From Candidatus Omnitrophota bacterium (GTDB lineage Bacteria > Omnitrophota > Gorgyraeia > Zapsychrales > Fredricksoniimonadaceae), in contig JABDGZ010000005.1 in NCBI GenBank assembly GCA_013285735.1, forward strand, positions 3,834 through 67,833: DNA of 64,000 nucleotides, given 5' to 3'. Shown here one piece after another: positions 38,627 through 45,367 of the stretch. A model generated the notes under the pieces. It saw only the letters and a list, made by a program, of their open reading frames with translations. It had not been told where the DNA came from and ran no database searches. Numbering within the stretch: the first letter of the stretch is position 1; every line of letters starts with the position of its first letter. The position numbers and the translations under genes are program-made.

Positions 38627-39011
38627 CAATATTTTTTAGCCTGATAAACACGCCATAAACCTGGCAAACGCGCCATTTGCTAAGAAGCAAAAGCATCTGT
38701 TAATCGCGCAAAAATTGCTCGATTAGTGCGCGATTGATAGTTGAGACATTTATGGGACATTTGGGACATAGGGAACTTAATGGACTCATAAAGGACTCAA
38801 AGGGCTCAATATATCGGACACATCAGACAATGGAGACATAAAGAGGACAAAGGGGACATTTGAGCAAATGGTTCATAATTGGATCAAATAGCTCTATTAT
38901 TCTGGCGATTGCTTGGCGATTAGCTTCTTAAAGTGCACGAATTGCACGATTTTTGCACGTTTTTGTATTGCGCATTATGCGCATTTAATGCGCAAAAGAT
39001 TTATCTGAATT
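38627..39011. repeat. non-coding phased-word module, copy 1
   Basis: Runs of G/C-rich words, each followed by an A/T tract and each reiterated 2-3 times at 9-13-nt spacing (examples: GGGACATTT, GGCGATT, GCACG+T-run, TGCGCATT). A homologous copy lies at 39895-40361. Confidence 0.8.
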
Positions 39012-39104
39012 AAAAATAATCCATCTATCTCCATCTTTAGCTTTGGTCAGCAGGCCTAGTGTTACCTCATAAGAAAAGTTCGGATTTCTGGGGGACTCGC
39101 GGAG
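39012..39104. repeat. cassette-end element R-A
   Basis: AAAAATAATCCATCTATC...AAAAGTTCGGATTTCTGGGGGACTCGCGGAG. One of 4 copies. The minus strand reads LRESPRNPNFSYEVTLGLLTKAKDGDRWIIFNSDKSFAH*. Confidence 0.85.
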
Positions 39105-39115
39105 TTTTCACAAAT

Positions 39116-39147
39116 AGCTGTAAGTAAATAACTTACAGCTGTTTTTT
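39116..39147 (+). terminator. hairpin/terminator after R-A
   Basis: AGCTGTAAGT (39116-39125) / ACTTACAGCT (39131-39140), followed by GTTTTTT. Confidence 0.55.
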
Positions 39148-39216
39148 ATTTATTCCGACGAGAGAATTCACCTAAAAGTGAGTTTTTGAAAATAATACTT
39201 CCCAAAATGGGAAATT

Positions 39217-39228
39217 ATGGTATATTTA
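39217..39228 (+). promoter_or_regulatory. shared cassette promoter-like 12-mer ATGGTATATTTA (higBA copy)
   Basis: An identical 12-mer lies at 40544-40555 upstream of brnT. It contains the -10-like TATATT 7 nt before the higB GTG. The adjacent inverted repeat TTCCC-N5-GGGAA (39199-39213) is a possible operator. Confidence 0.35.
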
Positions 39229-39232
39229 AATC

Positions 39233-39532
39233 GTGAGAGTAATATCGGTTAAGAAGTTAAAAGATTTTTGGAGTAAGCCGGCTTACCGTGATTCCGAGCA
39301 GGCCCTCCGAGCTTGGTATGCGGAAGCTAAAAAGGGTAATTATTTTCACTCTCACCAGATTAAACAGATTTACCGGAAAGCTAGTATTGTCGGTAATGGA
39401 CGAATCGTATTTAATATTTGTGGGAATAAATATCGTTTAGTGGTGGCAGTTAAATATGAGTTTAAAATTTTTTATATTCGTTTCATTGGAACACACAGTC
39501 AGTATGACAATATTGATGTAAAGGAGATATGA
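39233..39532 (+). CDS. higB: type II toxin HigB (RelE/HigB mRNA interferase)
   Basis: 'FNICGNKYRLVVAVKYEFKIFYIRFIGTHSQYDNI' is the HigB signature. GTG start. Confidence 0.8.
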   Translation: MRVISVKKLKDFWSKPAYRDSEQALRAWYAEAKKGNYFHSHQIKQIYRKASIVGNGRIVFNICGNKYRLVVAVKYEFKIFYIRFIGTHSQYDNIDVKEI

Positions 39533-39894
39533 TTATGGAAATAAAAATTCATCCAATTAATTCGAAGAAGGATTACGAAAAAGCCTTAAGCACAATTGAC
39601 CGCTTATGGGATGCCAAATCGGGTACCGAGGAGGGCGATACTTTAGACGTGCTCACTACATTAGTTGAAGCTTACGAAAACAAGAATTACCCCATGCTGC
39701 CTCCCAATCCCGTTGAAGCTATTAAATTTCGTATGGAGCAGATGGGAATTGGGAAGGCTGACGTTGCCAATATTCTTGGTGGGGCCAATAGGGTTTCTGA
39801 AATTTTGCATAAAAAACGGAAATTAAGTTTGAGGATGATTCGTAATTTGCATGATAAATTAAAAATTCCCTATGAATCTTTAATACCTGCTTAG
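39529..39894 (+). CDS. higA: type II antitoxin HigA (HTH-XRE)
   Basis: ATGA overlap with the higB stop. 'DYEKALSTIDRLWDAKSGTEEGDTLDVLTTLVEAYE' plus a C-terminal HTH 'KADVANILGGANRVSEIL'. Confidence 0.8.
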   Translation: MIMEIKIHPINSKKDYEKALSTIDRLWDAKSGTEEGDTLDVLTTLVEAYENKNYPMLPPNPVEAIKFRMEQMGIGKADVANILGGANRVSEILHKKRKLSLRMIRNLHDKLKIPYESLIPA

Positions 39895-40361
39895 TTTCAA
39901 CCCGCCAACTTGACAAACACGCCATAAATACGCCAAACGCGCCTACCAAGGGGCATTAAAGGAGCAAAAGGGGCAGTGTTAATCGAGCAAAAATTGCCCG
40001 ATTAGTGCGTGATTAATATTTGAGACATTTATGGGACATTTGGGACATAGGAAGCTTAAAGGACTCAAAGGGCTCAATATATCGGACGTTTATCGGACAT
40101 ATTAGACAATGGAGACATAAAGGGGCCATTTGCGCAAATGGTTCATAATTAGCTTAAATGGCCCAGTAGAAACTTGACATAAACCCGACAAACACGACAT
40201 TTTGAAATGGGCCAGAATGGGGCCAAAATGGCCCTATTATGTTGGCGATTCTGGCGATTATTTGGCGATTAGATTCTAAAGTGCACGAATTGCAGGATTA
40301 TTGCACGTTTTTATATTGCGCATTATGCGCATTTAGTGCGCAAAGGTGCTCATGTTATTTC
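39895..40361. repeat. non-coding phased-word module, copy 2
   Basis: Collinear with 38627-39011, sharing the same word order: ACACGCCATAAA..., GAGACATTTATGGGACATTTGGGACATAGG, GGCGATT x3, GTGCACGAATTGCA..., TTGCGCATTATGCGCATTTA. Carries ~90 extra nt (GGGCCA/GGCCC words) around 40150-40240. Confidence 0.8.
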
Positions 40362-40450
40362 AAAATAATCCACCGGTCGCCAGTTTTTGAATTGGTAAGA
40401 CCTAGAATTATTTCATAAGAAAAGTTCGGATTTCTAGGGGACGTGGGGAG
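40362..40450. repeat. cassette-end element R-B
   Basis: AAAATAATCCACCGG...AAAAGTTCGGATTTCTAGGGGACGTGGGGAG. The minus strand reads LPTSPRNPNFSYEIILGLTNSKTGDRWIILK*. Confidence 0.85.
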
Positions 40451-40470
40451 TTTGATAGTCGAAGAAGGGT

Positions 40471-40483
40471 AAAATCCGAACTT
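40471..40483. repeat. inverted partial copy (L3) of the cassette-end core
   Basis: AAAATCCGAACTT lies 20 nt after R-B, forming an inverted repeat with AAGTTCGGATTT of R-B. Confidence 0.6.
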
Positions 40484-40490
40484 CTTGGTA

Positions 40491-40524
40491 AAAAAGCCGT
40501 CCTTAATACAAGGATGGCTTTTTT
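40491..40524 (+). terminator. rho-independent terminator
   Basis: AAAAAGCCGTCC-loop-GGATGGCTTTTTT. Confidence 0.55.
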
Positions 40525-40565
40525 ATTGAATAATGCTAAGAATATGGTATATTTACATTGTACAT

Positions 40566-40859
40566 ATGGATGATCTTAAATTCGATTGGGACAAAAATAA
40601 GGCAGTGCTTAATAAAAAGAAACATGGTGTTTCTTTTGAAGAAGCTGTCACGGTATTTTATGACGATGATGCTTTAGAATTTCATGATCCTGATCATTCT
40701 GAGAGTGAAGACAGATTTTTTATGGTAGGTTTGAGTTTTCGCACAAGGGTTTTGCTGGTTTCTCATTGTATAAGAGAAGCTGGATCATTAATTAGAATCA
40801 TTTCGGCCAGAAAAGCAACCAAGCAAGAAGCTGGGAAATATTGGGAGGAAAAGACATGA
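40566..40859 (+). CDS. brnT: type II toxin BrnT (DUF497)
   Basis: 'FDWDKNKAVLNKKKHGVSFEEAVTVFYDDDALEFHDPDHSESEDRFFMVG...IRIISARKATKQE'. Start at ATG 40566. Confidence 0.8.
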   Translation: MDDLKFDWDKNKAVLNKKKHGVSFEEAVTVFYDDDALEFHDPDHSESEDRFFMVGLSFRTRVLLVSHCIREAGSLIRIISARKATKQEAGKYWEEKT

Positions 40860-41077
40860 GAGCAGAATATGATCTATCAAAAATGAAGTTTCGTCGTAAT
40901 CCTTATGCTGCCCGGTTGAAAAGGCCAGTTACAATCCGTTTGGGCGCAGATATTATTAGCTATTTTAAGTCAATGGCTAAAGAAATGGGTGTGCCCTATC
41001 AGAATTTAATTAACTTATATTTAAGGGATTGTGTACAGGCCCATCGTAAGATAGGGTGGATATCTAATTTAAAATAA
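40856..41077 (+). CDS. brnA: type II antitoxin BrnA
   Basis: ATGA overlap with the brnT stop. GGGAGG RBS. 'VTIRLGADIISYFKSMAKEMGVPYQNLINLYLRDC' fits the BrnA/CopG-like pattern. Confidence 0.75.
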   Translation: MRAEYDLSKMKFRRNPYAARLKRPVTIRLGADIISYFKSMAKEMGVPYQNLINLYLRDCVQAHRKIGWISNLK

Positions 41078-41159
41078 TCCATCTATCTCTGTTTTTAGCA
41101 TTGGTTAGGCCAAGGATCACTTCATATGAAAAGTTCGGATTTCTGGGGGACTCGCGGAG
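41071..41159. repeat. cassette-end element R-C
   Basis: Starts within the brnA stop region. The minus strand reads LRESPRNPNFSYEVILGLTNAKNRDRWIILN*. Confidence 0.85.
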
Positions 41160-41163
41160 CCAT

Positions 41164-41207
41164 ATAATAAGAAAGCCCATCAGATTTATGATGGGCTTTC
41201 TTATTAT
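41164..41207. terminator. perfect 19-bp hairpin (bidirectional terminator-like)
   Basis: ATAATAAGAAAGCCCATCA (41164-41182), 6-nt loop, TGATGGGCTTTCTTATTAT (41189-41207). Confidence 0.5.
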
Positions 41208-41402
41208 ATTATTGGCGGGGGAGCGAAAGCTCGAAGTGTGTGCTCTTTTTAAGGGTTTGAAAAGATAGTTATTGATTGAGAAGAATTAATTTCGAAAATA
41301 TTTTTAATTTTCGTCGCTGTATATAGTTTGAAAAACGGCGGGATATATGTTATGGTTTACGGTTACCGAGAATTTTGAGATATTTTAATATTGGAAGGTT
41401 AC

Positions 41403-42698
41403 ATGAACTGTGGTTCAATTAAAGTATTTATTTTTGTCTTTTTTATGTTTTTGACGCTCTTAACCGGCTGCCCTAAGTCTTTTGCGCAACCTGTCTCGCC
41501 CACAGGAGGGGATGATTCTTCCATAAGTAAGGGAACTTCAGATGACCAAGCCAGTGAAGCTAGTGCCGATGAGTCATTGAAGCAGATTCATGATTTGGAA
41601 TTGAAAATGGAGGAGAATAGCAAGCGCTTGGACGCTCTGGAAAAGGCTATCAATCAAGCAAATACAGAAAATGCCCCTGCTGTTGAAACTGCACCCGATA
41701 CCAATACGATGATTCAACAAGCCTCCGCACAGGCAGCCCCGGACCAAACAGCTCCTGCTTCCCAGACAGCTCCCCGTGAGCAAGTTTCTTCAATCAAAGA
41801 TTCCTCTCGATTTGATCCGATATCAATGCGCATTATTTCAGACCCTCTATATTTACCGCTTAAGGGACAATTTTATGGTTCGACCGAATATGATTTTTCC
41901 AGGAATAGTTACAGTCAGGATAATTATTTAGGTAAAGAATATGCATATGATAAAAGCGATACCAATGAAGTTTCTCAGGATTTAGAGTATGGTTTGACCG
42001 ATGATTTGACCCTAAGATTTTATGATGAATTTCAAGATGATAGAAGGTATGTTGCAGGTGAAGGCGAATATTTATTTATTGGTTTTATTAATCCGGAATT
42101 TGGTGCCACTTATAGGATGATTGATCAGAAGCAATATCCAGTAGATGTTGATTTAATAGCTAATTATTACCCAGATGTTTTTAGTGAGAAAGCGGCAACT
42201 CCTGACAAAACAGGAACAGTGGCATCGGGCGGTCAGAAGATTACTTTGAGGGAAGCAGTAGGTCGAGAAATGAGAAATTTAACGATCCAGGGTTTTGTTG
42301 AAGTAGAATATCAGGGTAAGGAAAAAACTGAAATTTTGGCAGACGATAGGGATGCTGAAGACAAAGCGAGCTGGGCATATGTCTTTGGGTTAAATACCCA
42401 AATCCGTATAACGGATCGTTTTTCAGTCAATTTTGGGGGGGCATATACAGTTGCAAATAACATGGATTATACAAGTAGCACGGGGCTTTCAGGTATTCAT
42501 GTTCCAGCCGATTATAGTGATTTCGACACATCTTTAAACTATCAATTTATTCCTGATAGGCTGGTTGGTAGTTTAACTTATACCCGTAATGTTGACGATG
42601 ACAGAAAATATTTGTACGCGAACGTAGTTCACGATGAAATAGATAGGAAATATAGCCAGGATATTTTTGGGATAAAGTTTTCATATCTTTTTAATTAA
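41403..42698 (+). CDS. lipoprotein with coiled-coil N-region and beta-rich C-region (possible outer-membrane protein)
   Basis: Signal peptide plus lipobox 'LLTGC'. Low-complexity Q/A/P linker. Alternating aromatic pattern, ending 'FGIKFSYLFN'. No family recognised. Confidence 0.4.
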   Translation: MNCGSIKVFIFVFFMFLTLLTGCPKSFAQPVSPTGGDDSSISKGTSDDQASEASADESLKQIHDLELKMEENSKRLDALEKAINQANTENAPAVETAPDTNTMIQQASAQAAPDQTAPASQTAPREQVSSIKDSSRFDPISMRIISDPLYLPLKGQFYGSTEYDFSRNSYSQDNYLGKEYAYDKSDTNEVSQDLEYGLTDDLTLRFYDEFQDDRRYVAGEGEYLFIGFINPEFGATYRMIDQKQYPVDVDLIANYYPDVFSEKAATPDKTGTVASGGQKITLREAVGREMRNLTIQGFVEVEYQGKEKTEILADDRDAEDKASWAYVFGLNTQIRITDRFSVNFGGAYTVANNMDYTSSTGLSGIHVPADYSDFDTSLNYQFIPDRLVGSLTYTRNVDDDRKYLYANVVHDEIDRKYSQDIFGIKFSYLFN

Positions 42699-42786
42699 AA
42701 ATAATCCATCTATTTTTGCTTTTACCATTCGTAAGTCCCAAAATGACCTCATAGAAAAAGTTCGGATTTCTGGGGGACTCGGGGAG
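42697..42786. repeat. cassette-end element R-D
   Basis: Overlaps the lipoprotein stop codon. The minus strand reads LPESPRNPNFFYEVILGLTNGKSKNRWIIFN*. Confidence 0.85.
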
Positions 42787-42879
42787 CCAATTTGATTAAG
42801 CCCGTTGTGAGTGTTATACCTGCAGCGAGTTTACTTATTATATGGAAGCAAGTGTGAGTATTTTATTTGCTATGTCGTT

Positions 42880-43074
42880 ATGAGTCGTTGGAAGCGTCTA
42901 GAAAATCTTGAGAGAAATTTGTCACGAATGTCAGTTAAAGAAATTAAAATAGAACTGGCATATTGGCGGCAACATGCAAATTTATTAGCTCCTTCGATTA
43001 AGAAATTAGCGATGAAGCGCGTTTTTAAGATTGAAAGAATATTAAAGCAAAAAGAAAATGAAGATATTATTTAA
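42880..43074 (+). CDS. hypothetical 64-aa basic protein
   Basis: 'MSRWKRLENLERNLSRMSVKEIKIELAYWRQH...'. No recognisable domain. The start is chosen at an internal ATG. Confidence 0.3.
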   Translation: MSRWKRLENLERNLSRMSVKEIKIELAYWRQHANLLAPSIKKLAMKRVFKIERILKQKENEDII

Positions 43075-43158
43075 AGGTTTAGTTGTAAAGCTAGTTTCAG
43101 AATTACTTTTTTATTTTATTATCCAATTGTAAAACATGTCCACGTAGTGGAGTCATTT

Positions 43159-43190
43159 AGCCCGTCAGAATTATTCTGACGGGCTTTTTG
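43159..43190 (+). terminator. rho-independent terminator
   Basis: AGCCCGTCAGAA-loop-TTCTGACGGGCT followed by TTTTTG. Confidence 0.6.
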
Positions 43191-43259
43191 TTTACCTTGA
43201 CAGTTAACTTAATGAGACTAGTATATTTTAGAAGTTAACAATTTATTACGGGGCAAATA

Positions 43260-43742
43260 ATGCAATCTTTACAGGAACTTAACCCGAAAAGGGTCGATGT
43301 AGTTATTTTGATAATCCTTTCTATTGTTTTGCTTATTATTGGATTAACTCTTCCAATTTTGACTGTTCGTCAATTATGGAATAGTAATACCTATTCGATC
43401 CTGACGGGTATACAAAATCTTTGGCAAACAAAGTATTACGCTTTGGCCGTCATCATATTCGTTTTTTCCATTATTTTTCCTATTGCAAAGTTACTTTCCC
43501 TGTCTGCTGTTTGGTTTATAAGGTTAAAAGATGAACAAAGGAAGGGTCTTGTTTTATTGATGGAGATTTTCGGTAAATGGTCTATGTTGGATGTTTTTGT
43601 AACGGCAATCATGATTGTATGGCTTAAGTTAGGAGCGATAGCATCAGCCAAAGCAGAGAATGGGATCTATTTTTTTGCAGCATCTGTATTGTTGACAATG
43701 ATTGTTTCTTCTTTACAGAGCAGTTTAGTAAAACGTTCTTAA
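43260..43742 (+). CDS. PqiA-like (paraquat-inducible protein A family) membrane protein, single domain
   Basis: Four TM segments. 'FPIAKLLSLSAVWF' and 'GKWSMLDVFVTAIMIV' resemble PqiA-family motifs. Confidence 0.55.
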   Translation: MQSLQELNPKRVDVVILIILSIVLLIIGLTLPILTVRQLWNSNTYSILTGIQNLWQTKYYALAVIIFVFSIIFPIAKLLSLSAVWFIRLKDEQRKGLVLLMEIFGKWSMLDVFVTAIMIVWLKLGAIASAKAENGIYFFAASVLLTMIVSSLQSSLVKRS

Positions 43743-43881
43743 GGTGGTATAATTTTATTGATTTTTTAGATGCATTTGTTATTATACGGTTGTTTGAAGT
43801 CCCCGATGTCCCCCATGTCGGTTTCTGTAGTAAAAAATTTCCCCCTTGTTTATTTAACCTATCAAAACGAAAGGAAAATCT

Positions 43882-44310
43882 ATGAATTTGAACAATGTCA
43901 ATGTCATGGGCAATTTGACAAGGGACCCGGAAATGAGATGCCTTCCATCGGGGAAAGCGGTATGTAGTCTTTCTATAGCTAATAATCGTGTATTTATGAA
44001 AAACGGCGAGAAAGTCAGTGAGGTTTCCTATTTTGATGTGGATGTGTGGGGTATTACTGCAGAGAATTGTTCCAAATATTTAACCAAGGGCAATGGCATC
44101 ATTGTAGAAGGACGTCTGCGTCAGGACCGCTGGGAGAAAGATGGTAAAACTCAGAGCCGTATTAAGATTACAGCCAATGCCGTTCATTTTTTGCCCAAGA
44201 AACAAAATCATTTAATCGGGTCATCTTCAGAAGAGTCATCTAATGACAAGTCAATAGAAGTTCAATCAGTAACGGACACTTCCCCTGAGGACATTTCTTG
44301 GGAAGAATAG
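43882..44310 (+). CDS. ssb: single-stranded DNA-binding protein
   Basis: OB fold 'MNLNNVNVMGNLTRDPEMR...YFDVDVWG..AENCSKYLTKGNGIIVEGRLRQDRWE'. Acidic tail 'PEDISWEE'. Confidence 0.85.
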   Translation: MNLNNVNVMGNLTRDPEMRCLPSGKAVCSLSIANNRVFMKNGEKVSEVSYFDVDVWGITAENCSKYLTKGNGIIVEGRLRQDRWEKDGKTQSRIKITANAVHFLPKKQNHLIGSSSEESSNDKSIEVQSVTDTSPEDISWEE

Positions 44311-44459
44311 TAAGTAAGATATTGGGCGAGGTCTAAATCAAGAGACCCATCTTTTTTAGATGGGTTTTCTTGTTTATATTTAAGCATCCGATAAAAATTG
44401 CATTTTTTTGGATTTTTGATTAAAATGCAGCGCAAATTAATTTCAATGGGAGGGACTGC

Positions 44460-44828
44460 GTGGATATACGAGCAACTTGTCTTAATTGCATGGATGGGCG
44501 TGTGCAATTGCCTGTTTTACAATGGATCAAAGAGAATTACCCTGTGGATTTTGTGGACGTGATCACGGAAGCTGGTATGGATAATGTTTTATCCAATCAG
44601 GAAGATATCAGGGAAGTGCTGCGTAGTATTACTATTTCTGTTGATGTCAATAAGTCTACAAGGCTTTTTGTGGTCGGGCATTATGACTGCCGCGGTAACC
44701 CTGTTGAAGAAAGCGTGCATCGTCAGGAAATCAGTAGTGCTGTCAAGCGCCTTAAAGAGCATTGGCCTAATCATGAAATTGTTGGTCTTTGGGTCAATAA
44801 GAATTGGACTGTAGAGATTGTTTTATAG
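44460..44828 (+). CDS. small protein with beta-carbonic-anhydrase-like CxDxR...HxxC motif
   Basis: GTG start. 'CLNCMDGRVQ' and 'VVGHYDCRGNP'. Only 122 aa. Confidence 0.35.
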   Translation: MDIRATCLNCMDGRVQLPVLQWIKENYPVDFVDVITEAGMDNVLSNQEDIREVLRSITISVDVNKSTRLFVVGHYDCRGNPVEESVHRQEISSAVKRLKEHWPNHEIVGLWVNKNWTVEIVL

Positions 44829-44908
44829 CATTTTTGGATGAAATAAGTTCAACATCTGCTATAATAAAAATTATAATAATTTATCACTTTTAAAGTAAGG
44901 AGATTAAG

Positions 44909-45355
44909 ATGAAAAAATATTTCTATTCATTGACCATGATTGCTTTTATAGCTGTTTTTTCTGGTTGTAACCCAGAGAACAATGCCGGAGAAGGTGCAGC
45001 AGCCGGCGGCGCTCTTGGTATGCTCGCTGGCGGTATCATTGGTCATCAAAGTCATAGTACAGGGGCCGGGATGTTAATTGGAGGTGCTCTTGGTGCTGTT
45101 ACTGGGGCCGCCGTTGGATCAACTATTCAAAAACCTGTTGAGGAGCAGCCGACACCGGTTGTTATGGCTCAGCCAGCCCCTGTTCCATCAGCAACGTATT
45201 CCGGAGACACTGTTACTGTTAATGTCCCTAATAGCAACGGAGGGTATACAGCCGTTGTCCTTAAAAGATCAGGTAATGGATGGGTAGGGCCTCAAGGGGA
45301 GTTTTATCCTGATGTTCCTACAACCGCGCAATTACAAGCGATGTATGGTAAATAA
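44909..45355 (+). CDS. glycine-zipper lipoprotein with conserved 47-aa C-terminal module
   Basis: Lipobox 'VFSGC'. 'GAAAGGALGMLAGGIIG...GAGMLIGGALGAVTGAAVG'. C-terminal 'VNVPNSNGGYTAVVLKRSGNGWVGPQGEFYPDVPTTAQLQAMYGK'. Confidence 0.6.
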   Translation: MKKYFYSLTMIAFIAVFSGCNPENNAGEGAAAGGALGMLAGGIIGHQSHSTGAGMLIGGALGAVTGAAVGSTIQKPVEEQPTPVVMAQPAPVPSATYSGDTVTVNVPNSNGGYTAVVLKRSGNGWVGPQGEFYPDVPTTAQLQAMYGK

Positions 45356-45367
45356 GACGGTGTTTTT

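Noticed and set aside
38752-38841. Short ATG-initiated ORF (MGHLGHRELNGLIKDSKGSIYRTHQTMET*) inside phased module 1.
   Set aside because: The homologous stretch in module 2 carries an 11-nt indel that changes frame and peptide, so the sequence is not conserved as coding.
38960-38995. dif/pdif-like Xer site (minus strand AATGCGCATAA-TGCGCA-...).
   Set aside because: Only the XerC-like arm TGCGCATAA resembles dif. The expected XerD arm TTATGTTAAAT is absent. The motif is simply one of the reiterated TGCGCA words.
39070-39104. R element as a duplicated 3' half of tRNA-Asn (classic island att site).
   Set aside because: It shares GTTCG and GGGGGA with the tRNA 3' half, but the spacing differs (7 vs 9 nt) and no T-arm can be paired. 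The rest of the element shows protein-like substitution on the opposite strand.
41215-41224. 10-mer GCGGGGGAGC identical to the tRNA-Asn 3' end (37972-37981), a possible att remnant.
   Set aside because: A single 10-nt match in 64 kb can arise by chance, and there is no extended flanking similarity.
38040-43200. Integron cassette array with attC sites.
   Set aside because: The ~90-bp elements lack the RYYYAAC...GTTRRRY inverted boxes and do not fold into an attC-like hairpin. The only GTTRRRY match (GTTAGGC in R-C) is not conserved in the other copies. The GTT/AAC halves that do exist are arranged GTTCGGA...TCCGAAC, the opposite polarity. No intI is present in the window.
38040-43200. CRISPR array.
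   Set aside because: The repeats are ~90 bp and diverged. The 'spacers' are 0.6-1.5 kb and contain genes with promoters. No cas genes are present.
43770-43967. 65-aa + strand ORF upstream of and overlapping ssb.
   Set aside because: It is out of frame with the well-supported ssb start at 43882 (which has an AAGGAAA RBS), has no RBS of its own, and its peptide is unremarkable.
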